45,452 nucleotides of DNA from IMG/VR virus record IMGVR_UViG_3300034682_000426, positions 1 through 45,452 of that record, one strand, 5' to 3'. Numbering within the stretch: position 1 is the first letter of the stretch; each line of letters opens with the position of its first letter. This document shows, piece by piece, positions 1 to 8,914 of this stretch. The notes under the pieces are model-generated. The model saw only the letters and a program-made list of their open reading frames with translations, was not told where the DNA came from and searched no databases. The DNA is from a virus. Taxonomy: Duplodnaviria; Caudoviricetes. The position numbers and the translations under genes were made by a program.

Positions 1-63
1 AATTTGCGGCACTACAAACAGGATGTATGCTGATGTAAGTTGAAAGCAGGCTTAAACCAAAGC

Positions 64-122
64 ATTAGCGCAAGATGAATCACTGCCCTCCACGGTTTTG
101 AGTTGTTTTGCGCTAATTTTTT
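64..122 (+). terminator. Long hairpin plus T-run, candidate sib/tI-like element downstream of int across attP
   Basis: 64-82 pairs with 99-117 (19-position stem, 3 G-U, 1 mismatch), followed by a T-run to 122. Confidence 0.5.
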
Positions 123-147
123 GCCCCAACCATGCCCCATTGCCCCA
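120..147 (+). repeat. TGCCCCA repeats, candidate integrase arm-type sites (left arm)
   Basis: TTTGCCCCAACCATGCCCCA (120-139) matches 45280-45299 at 19/20; a third TGCCCCA at 141-147. Confidence 0.55.
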
Positions 148-465
148 TCACACCACCCTGTCATCCTGCAGCGCACTGTTGATGAAGAACGTCACGCGCC
201 CCATCACCTCCACTTCCTCCGCCGCTTCCCCCTCAATCGCTTCGCCATCATCCGTGATTAATGCCCTTCCCATCACTCTGGCAAACTGCGTCCTGCCGCC
301 GGACAAAATCAGCAGAACCTGATTCTGTACCAGCCTGGTGCACGGCTCGATGACCGCAAAGCCGGATGAGGTTTCCAGGATGCGGCTGTCGATGCCGATC
401 CCGCAGATACGCTCCGGTGTTAACCGCTGCTCTACATAGTCGCCTGCCGGTGAAGGAAATCCCAT
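148..465 (-). CDS. UmuD/LexA-like (S24-related) small protein, probably degenerate
   Basis: N-terminal GFPSPAGDYVEQRL resembles the UmuD GFPSPAADYVEQRI motif; no clear catalytic Ser motif; second gene of the LexA-box operon. Confidence 0.7.
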   Translation of the reverse strand: MGFPSPAGDYVEQRLTPERICGIGIDSRILETSSGFAVIEPCTRLVQNQVLLILSGGRTQFARVMGRALITDDGEAIEGEAAEEVEVMGRVTFFINSALQDDRVV

Positions 466-704
466 CAGTGAATCCTCCCCATGTTGCGCAGGATCCAGTA
501 GTGATTGTCGGTTCCGTCAGTTGTCTTATCCGTGAAATCTGGCTGGTAGTACGTTATCCATTCGTTAGCGTCGCTCGGCGTGAAATGCCAGTTCCTGGCG
601 CGCAGCTCACGGATGAAGTCATTCGTATGAAGGCACTGATAACCTTTGGGATTATGCTGTATTGCAGCGACAAATGCGCTGTGAATGTCTGATTTGCGGG
701 GCAT
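465..704 (-). CDS. SOS-associated phage hypothetical protein
   Basis: ATG at 704 with AAGGAG at 713-718; MPRKSDIHSAF...; stop overlaps the start of the next gene. Confidence 0.75.
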   Translation of the reverse strand: MPRKSDIHSAFVAAIQHNPKGYQCLHTNDFIRELRARNWHFTPSDANEWITYYQPDFTDKTTDGTDNHYWILRNMGRIH

Positions 705-719
705 GATCTGCACTCCTTC

Positions 720-762
720 TACTGTTTTTATATACAGTAGTTTTAAAGGCAGTGCAGATCAA
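720..762 (-). promoter_or_regulatory. LexA (SOS) box overlapping a sigma70 promoter
   Basis: CTGT-N8-ACAG at 722-737; minus-strand TTGATC (762-757), 17 bp, TACTGT (739-734). Confidence 0.85.
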
Positions 763-783
763 GCCCGACCAGCAAGGAGATGA

Positions 784-1212
784 TTAACTCTGGAACGTAG
801 GCGGCGCCTGGCTACCTTCACCAGTATTGATATATGCGCGCAACGCACGACGGTATGCGGTCCAGTTAGCGAGGGAATCTCGGACTGCTTCCTCTGACGT
901 TTCAGCCCAGTCACTATCAGCAATTTGTTCCTGCAGCGCCAGAATGTTCGAGGAGGCCTGCGCATATTCAGTTGTAGCTGCTCGCAGGTTTTCAACAGCA
1001 ATTTCTTCAGGAGACCTGACAACCTCAACCCATGCAGGACGGCCATCATGACTACCTAACGTCATTCCTAACGGAGCAATAGTTGTATAGAATTCCTCGA
1101 TCTCTTCAGGTGTCAATGCTACTGCGTCATCAGGCCAAACAAATGAGTATTCATCACGAAGAGATTCCTGTAAAAACCCGCAAATCTGTGCAGAAAAATA
1201 AATCTGATTCAT
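784..1212 (-). CDS. Tail fibre assembly chaperone (Tfa-like)
   Basis: Follows the tail fibre gene (ATG overlaps its TAA); WPDDAV and WTAYRRALR motifs typical of Tfa proteins. Confidence 0.8.
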   Translation of the reverse strand: MNQIYFSAQICGFLQESLRDEYSFVWPDDAVALTPEEIEEFYTTIAPLGMTLGSHDGRPAWVEVVRSPEEIAVENLRAATTEYAQASSNILALQEQIADSDWAETSEEAVRDSLANWTAYRRALRAYINTGEGSQAPPTFQS

Positions 1213-1832
1213 TAAAGTTTCCCCAGACAAAAGCCCCACGCACTCGTGGTGATAGAAGAGTTGTTGATGTAGTTGATTACAGCTCCGGAGTTGTTTGTAA
1301 AAACAATATTTGCCGATCTCAGAGTTGCAAGACCTTCAATCGAGCACCAGCACGCCATCGTATTCGACATGGCTGTTCCCCATGTGAAGTTACGGTCTGT
1401 GTTCGTTGATACGTTGGCAGGGATCGCCATTTTTACGTACTGAATAATCAGGCCACCTGGAAGCACAAATTTTCCCTGATCGCCTGTCGTTGAAGTAAAA
1501 CTCGACATGTCAGGGATCTGGTTCGCACCTGTCCCGACATCACGTTTAGCAGCTGTTTTCAGATTCAGGTTTGAGGTAAGTGCATTTGTGAATTTTGTAA
1601 CCAGCGCATCCAAATCCCCATTGTCCAGGGCGTCAATATTGGCATTGGCAATAAACTGCCCCACCAGTGCAGCAATGGTCGTTCCCTGTCGGATCGCTTT
1701 GTTAACCTGGGCGCTGGATGCCTTTCCTGACTGGAACCCTGTCAGCAGCGCGGACAGTGTCAGATAATCAGCCTGGCTCATTACGTTTGCGCCAGCACCT
1801 GTCGCGAACGGTTTAAAGTCATTAGTTGCCAT
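1212..1832 (-). CDS. Short tail fibre protein
   Basis: MATNDFKPFATGAGANV...GFQSGKASSAQVNKAIRQ baseplate-attachment N-terminus; AAKRDVGTGANQIPDMSSF and LPGGLIIQ fibre motifs. Confidence 0.85.
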   Translation of the reverse strand: MATNDFKPFATGAGANVMSQADYLTLSALLTGFQSGKASSAQVNKAIRQGTTIAALVGQFIANANIDALDNGDLDALVTKFTNALTSNLNLKTAAKRDVGTGANQIPDMSSFTSTTGDQGKFVLPGGLIIQYVKMAIPANVSTNTDRNFTWGTAMSNTMACWCSIEGLATLRSANIVFTNNSGAVINYINNSSITTSAWGFCLGKL

Positions 1833-1841
1833 TTTCTTTCC

Positions 1842-2126
1842 TTAAGCCCAGACGCGAGCAGGTGTTTTAGGATTCACAACGAAGCCATTCAATCTGGATA
1901 AATCGAGATCGTCGTTAATAACGCGGAGATTGACGTGGTAGCCGGGTTCGGTGACGCATTCCACGGACTCTACATCGCCGGTAGTGATAGTAATGACGCC
2001 CACCACATCCAGGCAAATATCAGGGTGATATAAACCGCCCTGCTCTTCATCGACCACAAACCCCGCCGCGATCAATTGCGTGCGCATTTCTTCGGCGTCA
2101 GCGAAGCGCAGATAAAAGTCTCTCAT
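1842..2126 (-). CDS. Tail fibre-associated protein (partner of the upstream RBP)
   Basis: Coupled to 2126-3631; MRDFYLRF...GYHVNLRV...PKTPARVWA pattern seen after such fibre genes. Confidence 0.7.
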   Translation of the reverse strand: MRDFYLRFADAEEMRTQLIAAGFVVDEEQGGLYHPDICLDVVGVITITTGDVESVECVTEPGYHVNLRVINDDLDLSRLNGFVVNPKTPARVWA

Positions 2127-3631
2127 TAGCGGAGTCCTTTAATTTGGATATCGGATAACAGTCGGTGCCAGAAACGCAGGTTACGTATGTGGTAAACGAA
2201 GGCGGTCCCTGACGGTCCTGTGGAATTTGATACGTTTGAGGCAGTTCCTGTGGTGTCGTTAGGTGCTTGTGTTCTGGTACTGGTGTTTCCGCCAAAATAA
2301 ACTGTGTATTTATCACTATCTAATTGGTGCACATATATACCCGAAATGTCTGGAGTATAGGGGACAAAAACCCCTCCACCATCTCTGTAAGACGTAAGCC
2401 TATTAGATGCGCTTATTCTACAAACAATGTCGTTAGTGACACCCGGAACGCGTAACACATCTACATAGCTATTTGCAGCAGGTCCCAGCCCTTTCACAAC
2501 AAATTCGAAAGCGATAGTACGATTAATCTTAGACGCTAAAGTCCTATAACCTATATTCTCTGCCGGAATCGACCAGTTATCAGGTGACCTTGTAACTGCT
2601 GCCGAACCGGTGGGAATATAGCTTGTTGCAACTGGATTCTTCTCGGTCTGCGGCATCTGCAGATAGAATTCTGCGCCAACAGGCATCACCGCCTCGCTGC
2701 CTAATTTATTGGCGGAGATGTAGCTGTCACAACTTCCAGCGGTTGCTGCTGTAAGTGTGGCGGTGAAATATACGTAACCATCCTGTATGACTTGCGTTGT
2801 TATTGTTACAGGACCCGATTTATTGTCATAGCTTGGATTGTTCGGGTCTATGTAAGCCAGCGCAGCCGTGAGTGTATCTATTCTGAACAAAACCCTAATC
2901 AGTCCGGAGGAGCATTTAGCCCTTCCAGAAGTTGTGACAGTATCGCCAACAACCACAGTGATAGCAGAAGACCTCACAATTGATGATACGGTTATCTCAG
3001 AGTTGACAACGAACTTGCCCGTAATGCTCTGGGAATAACCGTCTGCCGCTAACACCGTTTTCGTCAACTGTGTGCCATTTTCCCACTTGCTGGGGTCATC
3101 ACTATTCAGAATGTAATTGGTGCTTTGCCCCTCCATCAGCAAGCCTTCACGCTCAAAACGTGGCTCGTTCACGGCAGCCGTCTTCAGCACACCAGATTTA
3201 TCGATGTACGTCCCCGTCGTTGAGCGCGTGAACGACATCGACTTCGTGGGCAAAGGGTAACTGGTGCCGGCCACGGTGATTGTGTCCGCCGGCGCGACCC
3301 CGGCCAGCAGGCGAAGGTCATCGGACAGCGGCGCCCAGACATCCGGGAACGGCGCATCAACGTATCCGGTGGCGGCCGCCGAGTTCGCAGCATCAGCTGC
3401 ACTCTGGGCGGCGGCGGTAGCTGAATTTGCTGCGGCCTGCGCCGACTGGCTCGCTGATTGCCCTATCGCTACCACGTCTGCTTGTAGCCCGGCGAGCGTT
3501 TTCACCTTTTTCCCCGTACGGGTCGTGACTTCCTTGCTGCTGGAATTTACCACCTCATCCATAGTTTTTTGGTTGTCCGCAAAGTCACGCAAGTCGCTGG
3601 AAGGTACAGAATTATTTGTATTGTAAGGCAT
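2126..3631 (-). CDS. Second receptor-binding protein (tail fibre/spike)
   Basis: Spike-type N-terminus, Ala/Ser-rich linker, PFPDVWAPL and NEPRFEREGLLMEGQSTN motifs, ATSYIPT; AT-richer C-terminal part. Confidence 0.8.
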   Translation of the reverse strand: MPYNTNNSVPSSDLRDFADNQKTMDEVVNSSSKEVTTRTGKKVKTLAGLQADVVAIGQSASQSAQAAANSATAAAQSAADAANSAAATGYVDAPFPDVWAPLSDDLRLLAGVAPADTITVAGTSYPLPTKSMSFTRSTTGTYIDKSGVLKTAAVNEPRFEREGLLMEGQSTNYILNSDDPSKWENGTQLTKTVLAADGYSQSITGKFVVNSEITVSSIVRSSAITVVVGDTVTTSGRAKCSSGLIRVLFRIDTLTAALAYIDPNNPSYDNKSGPVTITTQVIQDGYVYFTATLTAATAGSCDSYISANKLGSEAVMPVGAEFYLQMPQTEKNPVATSYIPTGSAAVTRSPDNWSIPAENIGYRTLASKINRTIAFEFVVKGLGPAANSYVDVLRVPGVTNDIVCRISASNRLTSYRDGGGVFVPYTPDISGIYVHQLDSDKYTVYFGGNTSTRTQAPNDTTGTASNVSNSTGPSGTAFVYHIRNLRFWHRLLSDIQIKGLR

Positions 3632-3659
3632 GAATATTCCTTGAATTATTCACAGGAAA

Positions 3660-4433
3660 TTAGAACGGTGATTCCCATGCCCCCTGATCGAAACCGGAAA
3701 CATATTCATCATCGAGATCAAAACCGAAAAACTGATACCCGGCAGAAGGTGTGATAATTTCACGAACGCGGACGCCAGCTGGCTTTATGGTCAGGTAACC
3801 ATTTTTTATTACCCACACCATTTCATTGCTCAGGTCAGCAATTGGATTGTTGAAATACTGAGAGGGTGTGTAATCCGCGGGGAGGTCAATAAACGGTCCG
3901 CCATTTATAGCTGAGTCAAAAATAAGCCTGTCCGTTGGATTAATAATCGCGTCAGGGTCTGCCATAACCCAGATCGATTCAGTCATGTCCAGGTTATCGA
4001 TTATCGCCATCCTGATGCCTGACCCAGCCAGTGCCACGTCCAGAATGTCCGGTATGCTTTCGTTACGACCGTCCCACTGGTTCATTGCTGCCTTAGCTTT
4101 GAGCACCACTCGATAGGTATCATCGCTAAGCTGCATCAGACCCTCGTCCGGGTCGAATGGCCCCTGCCAGTTGCCGCGATCCCACCCGAGGCTGTCTGTG
4201 TCCCATGAGAAGTAAACGCCGGTTATTGGCGTAGACACCTGTCTGCTGCGGCCGATCCACTCCCCCAGGATGTCCAGCTGCACGCCGATGGCTGTGTCCA
4301 AATCGAAAGCATCAACCAGACCGCCAGTTGCGACGTAGGTGTCAGTCAGTGGGCGGGTGATCAGGTCAACGTGCTGCGGGAATAGCTGCCGTGTCGCGTG
4401 GTAATTTGTGATCAGCTCGGTGTATTTGCTCAT
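3660..4433 (-). CDS. Baseplate wedge protein, DUF2612 family
   Basis: FDLDTAIGVQLDILGEWIG and LSDDTYR motifs; follows baseplate J. Confidence 0.85.
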   Translation of the reverse strand: MSKYTELITNYHATRQLFPQHVDLITRPLTDTYVATGGLVDAFDLDTAIGVQLDILGEWIGRSRQVSTPITGVYFSWDTDSLGWDRGNWQGPFDPDEGLMQLSDDTYRVVLKAKAAMNQWDGRNESIPDILDVALAGSGIRMAIIDNLDMTESIWVMADPDAIINPTDRLIFDSAINGGPFIDLPADYTPSQYFNNPIADLSNEMVWVIKNGYLTIKPAGVRVREIITPSAGYQFFGFDLDDEYVSGFDQGAWESPF

Positions 4434-5626
4434 GAGGCGGTCACCTTGATGTTCGCCACATCGCAGTGCGCCGCCTCATCGAACAGAATGGTGATATTGG
4501 CTGCCGCGGTCGTAGAAGCACTTTTCCCGATCTTCAGAGAGGTGATGTCGTAAAACTTGCTCTCCCCGCCACTCATCACGCCCAGGTTAGCCGGAGAGTA
4601 AAGCCGGCTAAGCAGCACGGGGTCGCCGATGCGCAGCGAGTTTATATATTTCGCCACCTCTGCCTTAATTCTGTCCGCCGTAGAGGTGGTGTAGCCAGGG
4701 TAAGTGGTTAACGTGATATCCACGAAAACCTCTACCACTTTCGGTCGCGAGAAGCGTATTTTCTTGGATTCGCCATATCGCCCTACCAGGTTAACCGTCG
4801 TGGTACCGAACGGGGTGGTGCCCACGTCCTTTTTGCTGGCGATCACCGTGGCAATTTCAGTGGCACTTCCGCCATCGACGATGCAGCACATGGAGTGCGG
4901 CGGCAGGCCATTCGAATCAGTGGTTTCGGTGTCATTCTCATAGCTGCGCAGCCGGGTTACGCCAGTGACGTTCAACAGCGCCCCATCGACACCTTCCATG
5001 GTGGTTTGCGATGGTAACGCGGTGCTGCGGGCCTGTCGTTCTCGAAGTTCCGCGTCGGTCTCACCGCTTTCGCCAACTGTTGCAGCGGCCGGGTTGTTTA
5101 CTGTTCGCCACCCACGCGTAGGTGTGGCAATTCGGTTTATGGTGTTCGCCAGCGCCACCACAGGGCCAGAAACAGAGCAGGTAGCAGTGACTGTGATGGA
5201 CTGAGTTTGCGGGATGATCACGCTGGCCGGCAGGTTCCAAACTGTGCCATTTGCATCGCGCACACTGCCAGCGGTGATCTGCGTGCCGACATCACCTTCA
5301 ATCACCACATCTGCGGTGGAATTTGTCGCCAGCTTCCGAGTGATTCCGTTGATTTTGACGTTACTGGACAGTGCCCTGCCAATACCAGTGCTGGGCGAGA
5401 ACGAGTTATAAACAGCGATACTGGTGTTGTTCGCGTCATGGATGCCCAGCGCGTAAATCGCCAACATTTGACCGTCTTTGCTGTCGGGATCGAGGTATGC
5501 GTCATTGCCGTAAATCTGCCTGAAATATTCCGACAGCTTGTCGACTATGGTCTGGTAATCGGGCGCGCTGATCCCCTGGGCGGTTACCGTTGCCGATAAC
5601 CCCAGCGTGTCGAGGTTCAAAGCCAT
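4430..5626 (-). CDS. Baseplate J/gp47-like protein
   Basis: GESGETDAELRER motif, size 398 aa, position. Confidence 0.9.
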   Translation of the reverse strand: MALNLDTLGLSATVTAQGISAPDYQTIVDKLSEYFRQIYGNDAYLDPDSKDGQMLAIYALGIHDANNTSIAVYNSFSPSTGIGRALSSNVKINGITRKLATNSTADVVIEGDVGTQITAGSVRDANGTVWNLPASVIIPQTQSITVTATCSVSGPVVALANTINRIATPTRGWRTVNNPAAATVGESGETDAELRERQARSTALPSQTTMEGVDGALLNVTGVTRLRSYENDTETTDSNGLPPHSMCCIVDGGSATEIATVIASKKDVGTTPFGTTTVNLVGRYGESKKIRFSRPKVVEVFVDITLTTYPGYTTSTADRIKAEVAKYINSLRIGDPVLLSRLYSPANLGVMSGGESKFYDITSLKIGKSASTTAAANITILFDEAAHCDVANIKVTAS

Positions 5627-5980
5627 TTATGCCTCGCTGGTTACTGTGGTTTGTCCGTAGATGGTGTCGATGGTTGCCCGGAAGGTAACGCGTCGCGTGG
5701 TGCCATCATTGATGGTGTCGAAAGAGATGATGGAGAGAACGCCGGGCGTCGTGCTGATGCGCTCGCGGATCGCCAGGTTGTAAACGTCAGCACGCTGCTT
5801 GCCGAGCACGGACTGAACGTAGGGCGTCCCTTCGGTCGAATCGAGGAACCACTGGCCCTGCCATAACTCGAAGCGCGTTTTCACGGCCTGAGCCACGCAC
5901 TCCGGGCTGTTGACCAGGAAGGTGTCGTCACCCTGCCCGAAGGTGTAATCGCCGTTTTCGTCTTCACGCCGGTATCGCAT
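5627..5980 (-). CDS. Baseplate wedge protein (gp46/gp25-like)
   Basis: AQAVKTRFELWQGQWFLD and TIYG motifs; synteny. Confidence 0.8.
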   Translation of the reverse strand: MRYRREDENGDYTFGQGDDTFLVNSPECVAQAVKTRFELWQGQWFLDSTEGTPYVQSVLGKQRADVYNLAIRERISTTPGVLSIISFDTINDGTTRRVTFRATIDTIYGQTTVTSEA

Positions 5981-6732
5981 TAGTTCACCTTGCCTGAGTT
6001 GCCGTTACCAGATTGCACGCTGTTATGCGTGTGCTGATCGCTGATGTCTTTGCCGTTGGATTTGAGAGTGCCCATGAACTCTATAGCGCCGGTAATCTTC
6101 GCCGCGGTGCCGCTCGCAAGACTACCAACCATGCCGCCCATCCACGTTAACAGGCCGGTGATCGTTACCTTCTCGGAGAAGGTGGACAGCGGGGAGATCA
6201 CATCGAAACCGCCTGGTGCGACCAGTTTTATTTTCTGCGTGGCCGGGTTGATTTCGAGATAGGTGCTGCCGTCATCACTGCGGAACTGCGCTGCAGTGGT
6301 GCTGATGCCGCTGATTTTCTTTGCCTGCGACTGCGGGCCGACGATGGCGAAGGCATCACTCAGGTCATGCTGGCGCGGGTCCACCGCCTCCTGTACGCCG
6401 CCGTTCTGCCACCAGAAATCAATGCAGCGATCGGAGAACACCAGCAGGCACTCATCGCCAGGGTTAACCGGGAAAGTCAGCGTGCAGCCGCCGCCCCGCG
6501 GGAAAACCACCGGAACATCAGGAAGGATCGGGATGGCCTCGGAGGCGACCTTGCCGTCATCACCGACTTTTTGGCCGTAGATGGCAGGCTGAACGGTGCA
6601 GGTCACTGTTTCGGGGTCGAAAGACTGGATGATTCCGGGCATGGCAACGCGCAGGCCAGTGAAGATAGACAGCTTCTGCGCGTCAAACGCCTGCTGCTCG
6701 CTGCCGTCCTGCGCGCGTGGTGATACTGGCAT
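5980..6732 (-). CDS. Baseplate spike/puncturing protein (gp45/gp138-like)
   Basis: AMPGIIQSFD, GDECLLVFSDRCIDFWW, C-terminal HTH iron-binding motif; ATG at 6732 with GGAG upstream. Confidence 0.85.
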   Translation of the reverse strand: MPVSPRAQDGSEQQAFDAQKLSIFTGLRVAMPGIIQSFDPETVTCTVQPAIYGQKVGDDGKVASEAIPILPDVPVVFPRGGGCTLTFPVNPGDECLLVFSDRCIDFWWQNGGVQEAVDPRQHDLSDAFAIVGPQSQAKKISGISTTAAQFRSDDGSTYLEINPATQKIKLVAPGGFDVISPLSTFSEKVTITGLLTWMGGMVGSLASGTAAKITGAIEFMGTLKSNGKDISDQHTHNSVQSGNGNSGKVN

Positions 6733-6749
6733 GAGGATCTCCGGACAAT

Positions 6750-6771
6750 AAAAAACCCGCCGAAGCGGGTT
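6750..6771 (-). terminator. Intrinsic terminator after the lipoprotein moron
   Basis: AACCCGC-TTCG-GCGGGTT followed by a T-run on the minus strand. Confidence 0.85.
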
Positions 6772-6823
6772 GATAATAAAATTTAGGATCAATGGCTTGG
6801 TGTGTTTCGTCACAAGTCTTAAA

Positions 6824-7543
6824 TTACCTAACCAACCCCATTCTTTGCGCGGCTCTGATGTTTAATGTATCGCCGTCATCATTGCACGGAGCGGCCAAGG
6901 TCACCAAGGACGTATATCCGACATTTCCCTGCGACTGGCAGAGCCTCTCAAACATGTTCATCAGCTTTGCTGCGTGACCAAAGTCAATGTAATTGCCAAA
7001 TGTAGCATCCCTCAATGCCGCTACTTTTCCTTTGTTCGATTTAGTTGTTCTCAACGCTGCTGAAAACTCATTCATGTCAAAAGATAATGCGTCAAGGCAG
7101 TATCCTGTGACATCTTTACCTGAGTAAGCCGAGGCCCTTTTGCACTCGTTGCCCAACGCGGAAACCGACTGCATGATTCTTGCAAAAGTAAGGTAAAAGC
7201 CACCAATATTGATGTAAACCTGGTTTGCGTCCTCTGTTCCTGGATGTCTTGTTACAAGCGGAAGGGAGTCAATGGCATTGAATAATTTAATGAATCTTTT
7301 ATCAGCCCCATCATAACCAAGAGGCTTAGCGGCTATTTCAGGGTTCTCAGCTTCAAATTTTTCCTTTTTTAATTTTTCATCATTTAGGGTCTTCAGATAG
7401 TCTTTATTTTCTTTATCCCGCCTAGCCTGAAGGTCTGCCATTTCTTTTTCATGGTAAGTAGGCTGTTGATTTTGGCTCTTTGTAGCCGTGCAACTTCCTA
7501 ACAAAAAACATGAAATAAAAATAATCCCTAAACTGCGCATCAT
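6824..7543 (-). CDS. Moron lipoprotein, unknown function
   Basis: MMRSLGIIFISCFLLGSC signal peptide with lipobox; AT-rich; interrupts baseplate genes and has its own terminator. Confidence 0.75.
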   Translation of the reverse strand: MMRSLGIIFISCFLLGSCTATKSQNQQPTYHEKEMADLQARRDKENKDYLKTLNDEKLKKEKFEAENPEIAAKPLGYDGADKRFIKLFNAIDSLPLVTRHPGTEDANQVYINIGGFYLTFARIMQSVSALGNECKRASAYSGKDVTGYCLDALSFDMNEFSAALRTTKSNKGKVAALRDATFGNYIDFGHAAKLMNMFERLCQSQGNVGYTSLVTLAAPCNDDGDTLNIRAAQRMGLVR

Positions 7544-7544
7544 C

Positions 7545-8606
7545 TTAAGTTGTCCTATTAATGGCCGTGTTTGTTTGCAAATCACGCGCCCCTCGAGCCC
7601 CACACATGAGATCCATGTACCATGGATTTCCCCTTGTATCGCCTGTGTAGCTTATGGACTGGACGATGTAGACGCCATCAGTGGCCACACTGGCTGGCTG
7701 CGCTATTGTGCCGCCAATGGAAAGGTTACCATCATTGCTCGACTCTGTGATTCTTGCCTGTGATCTTTGGATCTCATCGTTCGGCAGTTGAGTGCGGTAG
7801 ACAGATGCCTGGTCGAGCTGGATTAAGCCGTTCACCCTGATATTGGGGTTAATCAGGCAGCGAACATTCACGCCATTACCCATAGTCTGTTGCGGCATTC
7901 CTATAAGCCCGGTCGCGCTGCTCAGCACGATAGCCTCATGAAGATATTTGTCCTCCGGCACCATCTGCAACTGACCATCTACAAATTGCCAGTTTGCGTT
8001 GCACTGAGCCGCGAGGTTGCTCATGTAGTCACGGGTCATGCCATAGAACACCCGGCCTCGGGGCATCACGCGATCCGGGAACTCTCCGGTAACGCCCTGG
8101 GTGACACCGAACGGGGAGAAGTCTCTCATCAGCACCGTGTGAACATCGGACAGCCTATATCCCGCCGCCATGCTTCCGGAGGAAACAGCTTCGTTAAAAG
8201 CCCGGTGCCCATCGATGGACTGAATCAGGGTGAAAATGTCGGTGGGGTTATCTCGCCCGGTGATAGTAAAACGTATCTCCCCATCAAAAATAACGCCATA
8301 GTTCTGTCCGCGCGTTTGCCCTGCCTGGTTCTCCGAGACTTCGACTACTTTCCCTGTCTCGCTTTCAGCAACTGTTGGTGCCAAGCCATCATACCCAGCA
8401 ATGATAGTCATTCGAGAAAACTCATCCCCTGTAATGCGGGTGATCGTGTCTCGCTTCAGATTATATATCTTTAGCGTCGCTACGCGCGGCCACATGGAGT
8501 TGAACCAGTCGATTGCAAAGGTGACTTTGAAGTCAGAAAGGGAAATCCCATTCCCTTTGTCATTCAGCAATCTCAGCTCAAAATGGCGCATCCAGTTAAC
8601 GGTCAT
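7545..8606 (-). CDS. Baseplate hub protein (gp44/gp27-like)
   Basis: ATLKIYNL, TGLIGMPQ and GDTRGNPWY motifs; synteny. Confidence 0.8.
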   Translation of the reverse strand: MTVNWMRHFELRLLNDKGNGISLSDFKVTFAIDWFNSMWPRVATLKIYNLKRDTITRITGDEFSRMTIIAGYDGLAPTVAESETGKVVEVSENQAGQTRGQNYGVIFDGEIRFTITGRDNPTDIFTLIQSIDGHRAFNEAVSSGSMAAGYRLSDVHTVLMRDFSPFGVTQGVTGEFPDRVMPRGRVFYGMTRDYMSNLAAQCNANWQFVDGQLQMVPEDKYLHEAIVLSSATGLIGMPQQTMGNGVNVRCLINPNIRVNGLIQLDQASVYRTQLPNDEIQRSQARITESSNDGNLSIGGTIAQPASVATDGVYIVQSISYTGDTRGNPWYMDLMCGARGARDLQTNTAINRTT

Positions 8607-8914
8607 GCGGTCACCTGTGCAAAATAGAGATGGCTGGAAGATCCAAGATTGGTTTTCGTCGGGTATTCCGGCGCGCCATTGTCGGTCATGACGATCAGCG
8701 CGCCGGAGATACCCAGTTCCGGGTATTGTTCCATCAGGTCGACATCAGGCACCAGCGGAACGCCCATCAGCAAAGGCTGTGCCCCGCTATCCATTACGTC
8801 CATGATCCAGCCAGCTTCGTCCCGCCAGAGTACGCGCAACGTATAGTTGACCTCACCCAACGTAACGCGGAATTCCTGATTGTCAGGAATCAGCGGTATT
8901 TCATTGACGATCAT
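8603..8914 (-). CDS. Baseplate plug-like protein
   Basis: 103 aa, GVPLVPDVDL motif, position between tube initiator and hub. Confidence 0.7.
   Translation of the reverse strand: MIVNEIPLIPDNQEFRVTLGEVNYTLRVLWRDEAGWIMDVMDSGAQPLLMGVPLVPDVDLMEQYPELGISGALIVMTDNGAPEYPTKTNLGSSSHLYFAQVTA

Noticed and set aside
120-139. The 20-bp end repeat as the attL/attR core
   Set aside because: The right copy is inside int and about 60 bp from the ydfJ breakpoint, so arm-type sites are more plausible.
784-3631. Invertible or DGR-diversified tail fibre system
   Set aside because: No invertase or reverse transcriptase in the window; all fibre genes are co-oriented; no TR/VR pair was seen by eye.
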